From Camelus ferus (Eukaryota), in NCBI RefSeq assembly GCF_009834535.1, contig NC_045696.1, forward strand, positions 100,070,001 through 100,134,000: a stretch of DNA of 64,000 bases, written 5' to 3'. The translations under genes and the position numbers were made by a program. The notes below the pieces were generated by a model. That model saw only the letters and a list, made by a program, of their open reading frames with translations, searched no databases and had not been told where the DNA came from. Below are positions 1-14,700 of the stretch, one piece after another (position 1 is the first letter of the stretch; every line of letters starts with the position of its first letter).

Positions 1-369
1 GCAGTTTACCAAGTATCTATTCTTCATTTTAGTTTCCCTTGATTTTGTTTGTAAAAAGCAAGTTAAGTCATGGTAAGAAAGAAACAGGGGGGTCAAAAGA
101 AAACTTTAGAGGTTCATGCAATTCCATGATTAAAATAGGCTACCTACTCCAACATTTTGAGTTTTATGTAAAATATGATAGGGTGCATAATACATATTTT
201 TAAATCACTGAATACTGCAGCTTTTTAAAAGAGGGAAGTTCTGAATAAAGATACTTCTGAAGAGGCAATATGTCTCTTTCAAAACTCAAATTTATACTAG
301 ATTTTAAGTGAGACAGTATCTCTATATTTCCTTTAATTACTGATTTATGTCACTTCTCTGAAACCTGTG

Positions 370-1690
370 TTGCAGGTTACTGGGGCCAAGGGGGTACATT
401 TCTGGGCTGTTTATTTGATCCTTCTGGGTCCAGAGATAGGGGAGGTTTTCAAGGTTTCGATTTGACTGAGGGCGTATGAGTTGCTACTGGCCTGTATGTA
501 TTTAACCTCTCTCATCTTCCCTAGGGAGAAGTTAGCCACCCACAGGGCAGAGTTCCCTTTGGACTAGTTTCATGTTCCACTAAGTGGCAGCCTTTATCAT
601 CAGGGTCTTTTCTCCTCCTGGTGGTCAGCAGGCACTTGTCTCTCTCCCCTGAACAGCTCGAGTATGAGCTAGGGGCTGAACCGCATCCCTATTGACAGGG
701 AACACCCCCACCAGAGCTTCAGTGACATCACGGGCAGAGACCAGGTGGCCTCTCATGCTCACATCCATTCACAGGATGTGCAAGTCCCTTCCCTTGATTC
801 AAGGGGGTTCACAAATGTCCAAGTCTGTGTGTGGACCATAGCTAAGGTTAGCAAACTGGCTCACGCATGAGGGAAGCTGACTATAGTATCCCCATCACTC
901 TGCTTCAGGTCCTCATTCGGTGAGATGCTCTCTCTCTCGCTTCCGTTTTGAATACCTTCCACTCCTGTTTGGAGATACCAGAGTCTTCACCTTTTGCCTT
1001 AAAGCCTGACACCAAATGTGATGTCCTAATTGACATTCACTGTTCAACACAGAGTTGTAGGGGGTTTAGCTGCCAATAAACCCAAGACGAAGTGGCCCCA
1101 ACTTGGTTAATTATTCAAACTAAGTGTGTGTGGTGCTTGGCACTCTGTCCTTCTACTGCCATCCTAGAACGGCAGGAGAATCACCAGCTTTACATCCTAG
1201 TACACATGTGAGTACGCATAGAACTAATTCGCTTCAAAGTTCTGAATGGAATGTTTACTGGTGTGGCTATTCGGATGTCCCATCTTAGACTCTTCCTCAC
1301 AAGAGCTTTGAGAGGCTGTGGATGTGGACCACAGAGAGGACCAAGCCTCTTCAAGCTCACCTCTCAGGTAGCCACATCATAGGGAGTTTCAGAGACAAAT
1401 GTGTTCCAACTGTTGGTCACCCTAAGCGATGTCTGCCCTTTCTTTCTATCTGTGGTCCTATTCGTGACCTATCTAATGAACATCCTACAGCTTACATTAG
1501 GAAACTGTAGTCTTCAGGCAAAAGGATCTGTAACTTGGCTGATGCTTCACTGCTGTTGTTCTGATAGAAGGGGAAGTTTTGCATTCTTTCTGGAGAGGAT
1601 GCCAAACTTCCTGGGCTGAGGACAAGTCTCTGAGATTTCCACTCAGGTGTTCAATATCAAAAGTAGGAAGTGGATGTTCATATTTATATC
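370..1690 (-). mobile_element. Probable old LTR element (ERVL-like): LTR plus internal remnant
   Basis: GC-richer block. The minus strand reads ...CA TTTGGTGTCAGG at ~1018-1005, i.e. an LTR end followed by a tRNA-Leu-type primer binding site. Boundaries are uncertain. Confidence 0.4.
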
Positions 1691-2029
1691 TAGAGAACAG
1701 AAAAACAAATATCATAGCTCATGAGTAACAAATCTCCAAACTTATCTTGTTTCTGAGTTATAATTAGCCACACATATAAAATACATCTGTCCCTACATAA
1801 GCCTCTTCCTTCCTGCCCCAATACAGTTACTCCATCCACACCCCCATTTCATAATCCATCTCAAGGACTCCTGCTATTCATCTTCTTCAGGATGCCTGGG
1901 TGTTACTGCTCTATTTATAAATCTAAATGACAATGAAACATCTTTGAGTCTCATATTTTTGATCTGCAAAACTGGGATGAGAGGAGAATGATGTTATTGA
2001 AGTGGCAAAATTTTTCTACCGTATTACAC

Positions 2030-3170
2030 CCAAAGAAGACTGATTTTGACAGTCACCCACAAATGATAATGCGTTTATGAAAGCCCAGGAGTTCAGCAGA
2101 GATACTCCAGCACGCTGCTGGAGTAAAAAAAGTATCAGAGATTGGACACATTGAAGAGGGTAAGAAGAAGGATTTCACTTTACCCACATCACCCGTACTC
2201 CAAGGCGGCAAAGCCCAGTACCAAGGGAGACCTCGGCTGTGATTTTCCCATCAAGCAAAGCTGGGTGTGTGAGTGAGTGTCCAGTGCAGGATGCTGCCGA
2301 AAAGACCAACTTCTTTCTCACCCTATCCAGAATACTGACCTGTGTAGAACGATGAGGGGACAACTGGGAGAACTGTAGCTAGGGCTCTTGGAGGACATCA
2401 AAAGGACATGGATCCTACTCACTGCATCACAGACTCCATCAGGTAGCCCACCCACTAGCCCCTGGGGACACCTCACCTGCAGATCCCTCCCAACCGGCCC
2501 ACAGGCACCCCCAACCCTTCATGTGCCTCACCCTCACTCACATCTCTACCCTGTGGCCAGCTCCCTGTGCATATCCCGAAAGGTGGCAAGAGTGAATATT
2601 TGCAGATGGCTAGTGAGCACACACAGAAAGCAGGGCTAACAATACAAGGTTGGGGAAAAAGATCAGACAAACTTGAGCATTCAGCACCACCCTAGGGAAA
2701 GCAAACAAGAAGCTATCAGCACCTGGCCTGGCTTTGCAGGATAATGAGAAGGCATAAAATCTTAAGAACTACCCCCAACAGGGAACAAGAAGTTTGGAAC
2801 AAGCATATTCATACAAAGGGCTGAGAAAGCCTCAGAGTCCCTAGTATGGCTATCAGAAGATATTTCTCTTCAGTCAGTAAAGACTGAAGGAGTTGACTGC
2901 TTCTTCAACTGCAAAAGCAATGTAAAACTTCAAGAAACATGAAAACCAAGAAATATGACATCACCGAACACAAGAATTTTCGAGTAACCACATCCCAAAA
3001 AATGAAGACCTGTGATTTGCCCAATAAACATTCAAAATAGTTGCTTTAAGGAAGCTCAGTGAATCACAAGAAAACAGAAAGATAATTCAATGAAATTAGT
3101 AAACAATACAAGAACGAAATGAGAAGTTAAACAGGGAGATAGAAATCATAGAAGGAACCAGATAGAAAAC
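2030..3170 (+). mobile_element. Old L1 5'UTR and start of ORF1
   Basis: L1M-type 5' sequence leading into an ORF1-like A-rich stretch (aaacattcaaaatagttgctttaaggaagctcagtgaatcacaagaaaacaga). Confidence 0.7.
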
Positions 3171-3250
3171 AGAGTTGTATTTCTAGGTATATATTTGAAG
3201 AAAATGAAATCACTATATCTATGTCAAAGAGATAGCTGAACTTCATTTTC

Positions 3251-4250
3251 TTTCTTAAAAAAATCACTGAGATATAATTGATATATAATATTGTGTGAAG
3301 TTTGAGGTGTACAATGTATTGGTTTGATATGTTTATATATTGCAATATGGTTAGTACAGTAACATTAGTTAATACTTTTATTACATCATATAATTGTCAT
3401 GTTTTATGTGTTGAGAATAATTGATATACTCTTAGCAATTTTAAAATTTATTCTACAGTATTGTTGACTATAATCACTCTATATTGTGCATTGGTCTCCA
3501 GAACTTATTTATCTACTAGTTGCAAGTTTGTACCTTTAAATAATATCTTCCCCAAATTTCCCACCCTCTAGCCTCTGGTAACCATCATTCTACAATATGG
3601 TTTTTTACAAGTTCAGTTTTTTTTCATGTAAGTAGTATTATACAGTATTTGTCTGAATTATCTCACTTAGTATAATCAAAATACATCCAAGTTGTTACAA
3701 ATGGCAGGACTGCCTTCTTTCTCATGGCTGAATAATGTTCCATTGCATAGGATGAAAATATCTATATAGATATCTCCCATCTTCTTTATCCATTTATTCA
3801 TTGATGGACACTTAGGTTGTTTCCATATCTTGGCTACTGTGAATAATGCTGCAATGAATATGAGTGTGCAGATCTCTTCAAGATACTGATTTTAATTCCT
3901 TTGGATACATACCCAGAATTGGAATTGCTTTATCATATAGTAGTTCAATTTTTAATTTTTTGAAGAAGCTCCATACTGTCTTCCATAATGGCTGTACTAA
4001 TTTGCATTCCCTCCAACAGTGTATGACTTCCCTCTTTTCCACATCCTTGCCAAAATTTGTCATGTCTTGTTTTTTTGAGAAAAGCCATCCTAACAAGTGT
4101 GAGGTAATATCTCTTTATGGTTTTAATTTGCATTTGCCTGATGATTAGTGTTGATTAGCACCTTTTCCTATTCCTGTTGGCCATTTGTAAGTCTTCTTTG
4201 GAAAAATGCCTATTCTGGTCTTTGTCCATTTTTAAATTGTATTATTTGGG

Positions 4251-4281
<31 letters not shown>

Positions 4282-6678
4282 ATTGAATTACATGAGTTCT
4301 TTATATATCTTGGATATAGTTCCTTATGAGATATATGATTTATGAATATTTTCTCCCATTCTGCTGGCTGCCTTTTCAAATGTATTGATTTCCCCTGCTG
4401 TGCAGCGGCCCTTTAGTTCAATGTTGTCCCACTTGTTTCAGTTTTTGTTCCCTGTGCTTTTGTGACTTATCCAAGAAATCATAGCCTAGATCAATATCAA
4501 GAATTTTTTCCCATTTTTTTCTTTGAGAGTTTTATAGTTTCAGGTTTACATTTAAATCTTTGATTCATTTTGAGTTAATTTTTGTGAATGGCGTAAGATA
4601 AGCATTGTTTCATTCTTCTGCATGTGGATATCTAGTTTTCCCAACACCATCTATTGAAGAGACTGTCCTTTTCCCATTGTGTATTGTTGGCACCCTGCTT
4701 GTTTGCATGCCAGTGCCACACTATTTTTAATTATCACAGCTTTTTAATGTAGTTTAAAATCAGGAAGCATGACACCACCAGATTTATTATTCTTTCTCAA
4801 GATTGCTTTGGTTAGTCAGGGTCTTTGGTAGTTCCATGCAAATTTTAGGACTGTTTTTCTGACTCCTCTGAGAAATGCCATAGGAATTTTTGCAGGATTG
4901 CATTGAATCTGTAGGTTGCTTTGGGTAATACGAACATTTTAGCACGACTGATTCTTCCAATTCATGGGTATGGCATATCTTTCCATTTATTTGTGTATTC
5001 TTCAATTTGTTTCATCAGTGTCATATAGTTTTCAGGGTACAGGCCTTTCATTTCCTTGGCCAACTTTATTCCTAAATATTTTATTATTGTAAATGGGATT
5101 GCTTTCTTAATATCTCTTTCAGATAGTTTGCTGTTAGTATATAGAAATGTAACTGATTTCCATATGTCAGTTTTGTATCCTGCAACTTTACTGAATTCAT
5201 TTACCAGTTTTAACAGGTTTTAGAGTAGTTTTTAGAGTTTTCTATATATAAGGTCATTTCATCTATAAACAGATAATTTCACTTCTTCATTTTCAACATG
5301 TATGCTTTTTATTCTTTTTCTTACCTAATTGCTGTAGCTACTAGTTCCAGTACTATGTTGAGTAGAATTGGTGAGGATGGGCATCCTTGTCATCTTTCTG
5401 ATCTTGGAGAAAAAGCTTTCAGCCATTCACTGTTGTGTATGATGTTAGCTGTGGTTTGTTGTGTATGGCCTTTTATTGTATTATTATGTTCCATACCCAA
5501 TTTGTTGAGGGTTTTTATTTTTAAAAGATGTAGTTTTTCAAATTATTTTTCTACATTTATTGGAATGATCATACAATTTTTATCTTTCATTCTATTAATG
5601 TGGTATCACATTTATCATTTTGCATATGTTGAACCATCCTTGTATCCCAGAGACAAAACCCACTTGATCATGGTGAATGATCTTTTAATGTGCTATTGAA
5701 TTGGGTTTGCTAATATTTTGTTGATAATTTTTACATCTGTATTCATCAGGGATAATGACCTGTAATTTTCTTTTCTTGAGGTACTTTGGTATCAGAGTAA
5801 TCCTGGCCTCAAAATGAGTTTGGGAGTATCCCTTGCTCTTCAGTTTTCTGAAAGACTTTAAAAAGATTGGCATTATTTCTTCTTGAATGTTTGGTAGTGA
5901 AACCATCCGTCCTGGGATTTTCTATGTTGGAAGTTTTTAATTACTGATTCAATCCCTTTATACTTTATTGGTCTGTTTATATTTTCTATTTTTCATGATT
6001 CAGTCTTGGTAGGTTGTTTGTTTCCAGGAACTTATCCATTTCTTCTAGGTTATCCAGTTTCTTGGCATATATTTTTTCATAATAGTCTCATAATCCTTTC
6101 TATTTCTGTGGTATCAGTGGTAATGTCTCCTCTTTCACTTCTGGTTTTATTTGAGTCTTCTCTCTTCTTTTCTCAGTTAACTCAAGTTCTGTCAATTTTG
6201 TTCATCTGTTCAAAGAACCAGATCTTAGTTTCACTGATTTTTTTCTATTGCTTTTTAGTCACTATTTTATTTCTGCTCTTATTTCCTTCCTTCTATGGAT
6301 TTTGAGCTTTCTTCTTTTTCTAGTTCTTTGAAGTGTAAAGTGAGGATACTTATTTGAAATCTTTGTAGCTTCTTAATACAGGTATTTATTGCTATAAACT
6401 TCCCTCTTAGAACTGCTTTTGTAGCATCCCATAAATTTATGTTGTATTTCCATTTTCATATGTCTTAAGATTTTTTATTTCTCTTTTGATTTCTTTTTTG
6501 ACCTATTTTTTTGGGGGGAAGCATGTTTAATCTCCACATATTTGTGAATTTTTCACTTCTTCTCCTGATATTAATTTCTAGTTTCATACAATTGTGGTTG
6601 GAAAAGACACTTGGTACGATTTCAGTCATCTTAAATTTGCTAAGATATGTTTTGTGACCTACCCTGGAGAATATTTTA
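3251..6678 (-). mobile_element. L1 (L1MA-like) ORF2 and 3'UTR, decayed
   Basis: Minus-strand ORF fragments are L1 ORF2-like ([43 protein letters not shown]). It splits an older L1 3' fragment (3190-3250 and 6679-6760). Confidence 0.92.
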
Positions 6679-7696
6679 TTGCACCACCATTTTCATTGCA
6701 GTATTATTAACAATATACAAAATAGGGAAACAACCTAAGTGTCCACTGGCAAGTGAAAAACTACTATAGGGATTGAGCTTGGAATGATATGTAAGTTCCC
6801 ACAATGAACCAACTATAATTCTACTAGAAAAAAAAAAAGATGTTTGATGTCAAAAAGTCCAAAATTATCTCCAGAATTAAAAAGCTATAATATTTGCTTA
6901 AAGGAGAATACAAGACTTACAGTCTCCCTAAAAATTCAGTAGAACTTCCATTTTTTACAATTGTATAGTTATTACTGATATTGAACATCTGTGCATTTAT
7001 TATGACAGTGTTTACAAAGAGTGCTTATATTTTAGGTTCTACTTTATCAAACTAGAGATAATCATAAATAGGGCAAACATTTAAAGTTGAGGTGCTTTGA
7101 GAAAACAATTGGAAGACCACAAATTTATCCAGTTTTTTTTAACCTTCTCTCTGGTGACATGTCTATAAAGATCAATATAGTTATACTTCTTAAGAAACAT
7201 TACAAGTATACATATAAAATATCTATATATACTATGTAAAAATAATTACTTATTAAAATATTAATATATTGGTAATAACAATTTAAAAATAAGTATATTT
7301 CTCATTTAAACATATAAAGTATTTCAGAAATTATGAATGCACACGTTAAGTATATTCTTATTTGTTTATAATTCCAAGTAATTGTCTCTCTATATGTGTT
7401 AATTATTTCAAACACACACAAAAAACCTCAGAGTAAGTGTCTCTGAATATTTGTGCCTCAATAAAAGCAATTAAAACACTCGTTTTAAAAAAAGTCAAAA
7501 TCAACTTTTTCAGAATTCTGAAAATTACCCCAAAACTTGAAACAGTCTGAGGAGAATGTATTCAATAAAAAATGGAAAAAATCTCAGTAAGAGCAGGCAA
7601 TTTTGTGGCATTTCAATTTGCTCTATTTCCATCTCCCCAGCTCCACAGAATCCTTGAAAACCAACAGCCTTGCAATCATAGTACCCATGATTGACA

Positions 7697-8600
7697 TGTG
7701 ATTGACAAATAATGACACACAAACATGTGCACATCATAATCCTCAAAACCTGTGACTGTGTTATCTCACATTGTAAAATGTCTTTTGCAGATATGATGAA
7801 ATTAAGGATCTGGAGATGAGCAGATTATCCTGTATTATCTGTGTGGATCTGATCAAATCATATGGGTTTTTATAAGAGGGAGGAAGTCAAAGAGGAAAGG
7901 AGATGTTACACTGCTGACTTGGAAGACAGAGGGAGGGGGACACAACCAAGGAATGCAGGCAGCTTCTAGAAGCTAGGAAAGGCAAAGAAACACATTCTTC
8001 CTTACAGTCTTTAGAAAGAATATGGCCCTGCTGATCCATTGTACACTTCTGAATTTCATAACTGCAATATAATAAATGTGTGTTTTTATGCCACTAAGTT
8101 TGTGGTAATCTGTTAGAGTAGCAATAGAAAATTAACACAGATTTTGGTAACTGAAAGTTGGGTGCTGCTATCAAAAATACCCCAAAGTGTGGAAATAAAT
8201 TTGTAATTGAATAATGGATGGGGGACTAGAAGAGTTTTGAAAAGCATAACAGAAAATTTCTGGGTTACCAGAAGATTGTTAGTAGAAATATGGTTATTTA
8301 AGATGCTGATGATGAGAGCTCGGAAAGAAGTGAGGAGCACGACAGTGAAAACTGACTTTTGCGAACACCTAAACCATCACAGACTATTGGTAGAAATAAG
8401 TACATGAAAAACACTGGTGGTAAGGGTTCAGAAGGAAATGACAAAAGTCTTACTGCAAACCTGAAGAAAAGGCATCTTCATTATACAGTGACAGAATGAT
8501 TAGCTGAATTGTGTCCTGGAGATATCTGAAAAGAAGAATTTGTAAGCAATTAATTGTATATTTAGCTGAGGAGATTTCTAAGCAAAAAGTTGAGGGTGTG
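7697..8600 (+). mobile_element. MaLR LTR (MLT1D-like, 7697-8139) with adjoining internal sequence
   Basis: TG...CA LTR ending gccactaagtttgtggtaatctgttagagtagcaatagaaaattaacaca, followed directly by the MaLR-internal start gattttggta. Confidence 0.85.
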
Positions 8601-10590
8601 CACAAATTAAGTCCAGGCCCAGACGACTTACTTGGTGAATTCTACCAAATATTTAAAGAATTAATACAAATTATTCACAAACTCTTCCAAAAAATGCAAG
8701 AAGAATTACATTTTCCAAATTATTATTGAGGCCAGTATTACTTTAATAATAAAACTACACAAAGACATTACAAGAAAGCTACAAATTAAAATTTCTTATT
8801 AATTTAGACACAAATCCTCAAGAAAGTATGAGCAAACCAAACCCAGCAAGATATAAAAAGAATTGTATACCAAGTAAGATTTATCCCAGGAATGTAAGGT
8901 TGATATGAAATCTGAAAATCAGTTAATATAATACAACATATAAATAGAATAAAATACAAAAGCTAAATGATCATCTCAATAGACACAAAAAAAAGCACTT
9001 GGAAAAGAATCAAACACACATTTGTGACAAAAAAAATTATAAAAGAACTAAGAATAGAAGGGAAATTCCTCAACCTAGTAAACAGCATCTGTCAAAAACA
9101 AAACAAAACAAAACCCACAGCTAACATCATACTAAATGATTAAAGACTGAATGCTTTTTACATAAATTCAGTAACAAAGCACAGATGTTCCTTCCACTTC
9201 TACTTAACATCATACTAGAGGCTCTAGTCTGATGAACTAAATAAAAAAATGAAATAAAAGAAGTAAAAGATTTTCTATTTGTAGATGGCATGATCTTGCA
9301 CAGAAATTCCTAGGAGCTTCACTAAGACACAATTAGAATGAAAAAAAAGTAAGTTCAGTAAGGTTGCAATATTTAAGATCATTGAACCAAATCAATTTTA
9401 TTTCTATAAACATGCAGTGAACTGTCCTAAAATAAAAATAAGAAAGCAATTTTATTTACAATAGCATCAAAACATTAAGATACTTAGGAACAAAGTTTTA
9501 AAGATGTGCTAAGTGCTGAAAATCAGAAAATAGTATTGAAAGAAATGAAAGAAGATCTAAACAAATGGAAATACATCTAATGTTTATGGATCAAAAGTCT
9601 TAATATTGTTAAGATTGCACTATTCCCTAATACAACCTACAGATTCAATGAATCTCCGAATCACAAGTAGCTTTTTTGTAGAAACTGACAAAGTAACCCT
9701 AAAATTTATGTGGAAACTCAAGGGATGCAGAATACCCAAAGCAATCTTGAAAAGGAACAAATTTGGAGGACTTACTCTTCTACATTTCTAAACTTCCTGC
9801 AAACTACAGTAATTAAGACATTGCAGTACTGACATAAAATAGATATATACATTGATGGAACAGAGTGAGAGTCCAGAAATACACCCTTACGTTTACAGCC
9901 AACTGACTTTCAACAAGGATGGCAAAATAATTCAATGGCGAAAGATAGTCTGTTCAGCAAATAGTACTGGAACCACTAGATATTCTTATGTACAAGAATA
10001 AAGCTGGACTCCTACCTCACAGTAGACACAAAATTTAACTCTAAAGGGATGAAAGACCCAAATGTAAGAGCTAAAACATTAGCACTATTAGAAAATAGAT
10101 AAGTTGATAAATTGGACTACATCAAAATTTTAAACTTCTGTGCTCTAGAGGACACCATCAAGAAAGTGAAAAGACAACTCACAGAATGGAAAAAAATACT
10201 TGCAAGTCTTGTATCTTATAATGGGATTTAATCCAAAATGTATAAAACTCTCACAATTCAACAATAAAAATGCCAATTACATAAGCAAAAAATGCACAAG
10301 AATTTGAAGAGTTCTCCAAAGAAGATACACGAGTGGCAATAACACATGAAAGGTTGCTCATGAACATTAATCATTAGGATAATGTAAATGAAAGTCACAA
10401 GGAGATACAACTTCACACCCACTAGGATGGCTGTAATTAAAAAGACAGACAATATAACAAGTGTTGGAAAGGATGCAGAGAAATTAGAACTCTCTTACTT
10501 TGCTAGTAGGAATGTAAAATGGACTAGCCACTCTGGAGAATATGTTGTAGTTTCCTCCAAATTTAAACATATAGTTACCATATGACCCAA
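8600..10590 (+). mobile_element. Old L1 ORF2 fragment
   Basis: Decayed L1 ORF2 peptides: SPGPDDLLGEFYQIFKEL, LKFMWKLKGCRIPKAILKRNKFGGLTL, RYNFTPTRMAVIKK. Confidence 0.9.
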
Positions 10591-10596
10591 TTAAGC

Positions 10597-10691
10597 AGAG
10601 AGAGGGGGGTGGGGGAGAGAGAGAGAGAGAAAGGGAAAAGAGAAAAGAGAAAAAAGAAAAAGAAAAAGAATAAAAAAGGAAGGAAGGAAAA
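10597..10691. repeat. GA-rich low-complexity tract
   Basis: (GA)n, (GAAAAA)n and (GGAA)n runs. Confidence 0.85.
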
Positions 10692-11656
10692 TACCTCTTA
10701 AGTTTGCATTTTCCTTTCCTTTGTAGGATCTGTTCTTCTCTTTACCTCAACTCTCATTTCATAGCTTAATTCTTAATTCTTTGGAATATAATCTATTATT
10801 TAAAACTCACTCTTGTTTTAAGTGGTAAATATTTTTCCAAAATACACCTTTCTCTTATCAAGATTGATATTCATCTCTTATGCTAATGTTGTGATGTCTT
10901 ATTTGTTTGCTTCTTTTAATGTACCTGAATGAGAGTAAAACTTAGAATATTGGCCCTAAAACAATATAAATAAATTCTGTAATACTTTCAATGTGTTTAT
11001 AGTCACTGTTAGAATCATCTTCTTAAACTCTGAGCTGGAAGCATGGGTTTGTAAATTTATTCCATAAATGTAATCCTGATGCAAGCTGAGGAAAATACAG
11101 AGAATAATGAGACTTTAATCAGGGCCAATAAGAAAGTTTTGACTCCATATATATTTGTTATAAGTTTGCTAGAATCATGGCACTAGAGAGAAATAGCTCC
11201 CCAAACCTCATTTTAAAATTCATGTCCACCATAACATGTCCTTCAACATTGGAGAAGAAATGTTCATCCAATCACTGTCAAATGATTCTGAACCTAAAGG
11301 TTTAATTGTATTTAAATAGACCAAGATCACACAGGAATGTGTGTAATAATTTACACTAAATTCATTACATTGGTACTAACTGGGATTTCTTGTATTCCTG
11401 AGGTTCCTTTTTTGGCTTTTGTTGAGAGACTCTATAAATAAAACCATAAATATTTCAGTTGAAAACAATTTAAAAAATTAAGTATGGATGATGTTTACCA
11501 TTTAATTTAATGTTTATCATTAAATGAAGAAAAACTAAGCTTGGAAGTTGACTTCTGTCTCTGACTAGATTAATGTTTCTGTATTGTTAGATTTTAAAGA
11601 TAAAAGGGGAAATCTCTTCAATCTGTCACAGTCTCAAGCATTCGGTAATCTAGATT

Positions 11657-11749
11657 ATGGCTTTTTGTGATTTACAACCTACGATACAATGGATGCAAAC
11701 ACCAGGGTCAATACTCAACTGTCCACCTGGACTGGAATATTTAACTCAG
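11657..11749 (+). CDS. PLSCR-like coding exon 1 (exon probably begins at acceptor 11591)
   Basis: ATG in strong Kozak context (attATGG) with an in-frame TAG at 11651. Encodes ...[20 protein letters not shown]. Donor CAG|GTATGA at 11749/11750; candidate upstream acceptor ttgttag at 11590. Confidence 0.88.
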
Positions 11750-14700
11750 GTATGATAATGTGTTTCTTAATTTAGCTGATGGATAATACTATGAATTTAG
11801 ATGGATTAAAAATATAATTTGTGTTATTAGAAAATATTTTCACTATAGACTAAAATACTATACCTGTTAACATTAAGAATTCTACATTTTATTTAATTTT
11901 AATTTTTGATTGAGATAGTAAATTCACAAGTTAAATACAGTAACCCCTCAGTATCCACTGGAGGACTGGTTTCAGGACTAGCCCAGAAGATACCAAAACT
12001 GGAGGTGCCCAAGTCCCGGAGTCGGCCCTTCAGATCTGCAGTTGTGAACCGCAGGCTCAACCGACTGCAGATCATGAACACGGCACATCGTCAGAGGCTG
12101 GCTGAGTGTGCGGATGCAGACACAGGGATATGGAGTGCTGACTGTAAATTTACTCAAAAAAATGCATTTATAAGTAGACCTGAGCAGTTCAAACCCATGT
12201 TGTTCAAGGGCCAACTACAATGTAACATTGTTATTTACAAATGGGTTTTATGGGAAACCCATTTAAAAATAAATACCTACTTTTTAAAATAGGAAATTGG
12301 ATTCTGAGAATGTAAGTAAAAATGACTTCAAGACTCTTCAGTTTATCTAACTGATTAGGTATTAGACGCCTGGTACGCAAATATGAACACTAATATTAGG
12401 AAAACATCTCCATTCTCTAGCAAATTTAATGACACTGAATTGCTATTTTGTTTATGCTATCAATTCTGATTTAATTTTCCTGTAGTGCTATCTCTGAATA
12501 ACTAATTAACTTTGATATTTCACATTACAATTCTTTGGCCACATCTTATTTTTTAATTCTTTAAAAATGAAAAGGTATGCATGTTCCTTCTTAAAAAGAT
12601 TTTTTACATTTTCAGTGCTTAATTATAAACTATAAACTAATATTAACATAAATCTAACAAGACATTTTTGAATGTGGGTAAAAACTACATTAAAATTTTT
12701 ACTTCAAATTACAGTATAGATATTTCTCTCTCAATTTCAAAGATATCTTTAATAAAAGTCTTTAAAATTTTTTCTGAACCAAAATACTGAATACATAAAC
12801 AACAGGGCAAAGAGAATACACATTATAGACTATCTAAGATTTTTTCATTTCCTTTTTCTATAGTACAAATGTTAAAATGTCACACTTAGACTGGTATAAT
12901 GTATGATATTTGACAGAAAAAAATAAGAGATGTTGATAATGAATCAATTACTGTAAATAACCTAATTGTAAGTATTAATGTATATTTGTATTATTATGTG
13001 CTTTAAATTTAGTTTGATTACTTCATACCACCTATGTTTATTTTCTGCTGTAATAGGTTAATCAGTTACTAGTGTGTCAGCGTTTTGATCTGCTGGAAGG
13101 TATGTACCAAATGCACTGATATGTTAATTCTCAAATATGTAACTTGTTTTGCTGTAGTTCAGCCAACCCCTATTAATTAAAGCACTTCTTATGTCTAAGG
13201 AAAACTAAACTTTGAAATATGAAGAGAATAAATAGAAGGTCTTTAGATGATGAAAAGGTGAATGTGATAGTAGTCTTCTCATGAGACAAGAGAAAGATAT
13301 GGCTCCAGATTACACCTGAAAATTCTGGTCTGTGTTTTAAGTCTTGCTAAGCAGTAGGTCTGTTTCCTGAAAGAGTCTGCCTATCCTGAATTCCTCAAAT
13401 ACTGGTATTTCAGAGAAGCAATGATTCCAGATTTCTCTGGAATTCTGCTAGTAGAAGCAGAATGCAGGTAAATTTCTGGGCAGCCCAATTCCTAATTCCA
13501 CTCCTTAGTCTGAGAAATTAAACTGCCCTTTAGAATTCAACTGTTTTCGTTTATTTCCTCCACTTAGTACAAATATTTATTTCATTTAGATGAAGCTGCA
13601 GTACATGTAAATAAAATGAAATTGACTGTCATTAAAAAAATAGTATCACCATCGACGACCTTTCTTACTGACATTAGAGAATCTAAGACTAAAATAGGCA
13701 TTCATGGTTTTGTTTAATTAATAAAAGCATTCCAATTTAGACATATTATAAATGAGTGCTTTGGGAGAATTTTTCTTGCTAGCTTACACTAAATGCTTTA
13801 TTTTATGAAAGACCATTTATTCCAGAATTCCCACTGAGTACCTATAATGAACAAGCCATTTTGAAAGTATCAAAGAAGAGTCTGACCTGGCCTTGCCCTG
13901 AAGGGCTTGCCCTAAAATGTGAGAGTGGCTGTACTTAAATAAAATACACGGTATGAAGTAATAAAAGTCATGAGAGAGGTAGGAACCAATTGTGGGGACT
14001 CACAGGACATAAACAGTCACAGTAACTTGCAATTTCAATTATGATAAAAATAGCAAAAACATTTAGAAAAATCTAACCAGCTATATTACAGGGAACTAGT
14101 TCTGCAAACTAGTGGTGCTCAGAGCATGGTCACTGGGCCAGCACCACCAACATCATATGGAACGTATTAGAGCTATCAAATTCCCAGGCTTTATCACAGA
14201 CCCCCTAAATCACAGAATCCAGAGGCGGGGCTCAGCAGTCTGTGCTTTCTCAAGCCATCCAGGTGGTTCTGATGAAGGCTCAAATTTGTGAACTGCTGCT
14301 CTAAATGACACTTTCACATGATTTAACACTGGGCAGTTATTTAAAAGACTGAGACAGCTCTACAGAATTGTCAGGAATATCTCCAAGGTATATTGCTAAC
14401 TGTTAAAAGCAATTACAAAGTTAGTGCATATAGTAGCATGTGTGTGTGTGTGTGTGTGTAAAATACATTTAGGTTTTGCATATGTTTGAGATATCTCTAG
14501 AAGGATGCATATGAAATTGGAGAAAGAAGAAGAAATAAAATAGGCCTGGGAGGAAGAATTATTTTTAATTTTATACTCTCCTTTGCATTTTAAAATTTGT
14601 GCCATATATATGTAATTCTTAATCATAAAAGAAATTAAATCTAAAAGGCAGCCAGAAATTTTTTCATAAATCTTGAATCATGATTTAACTTTGAATGTTA

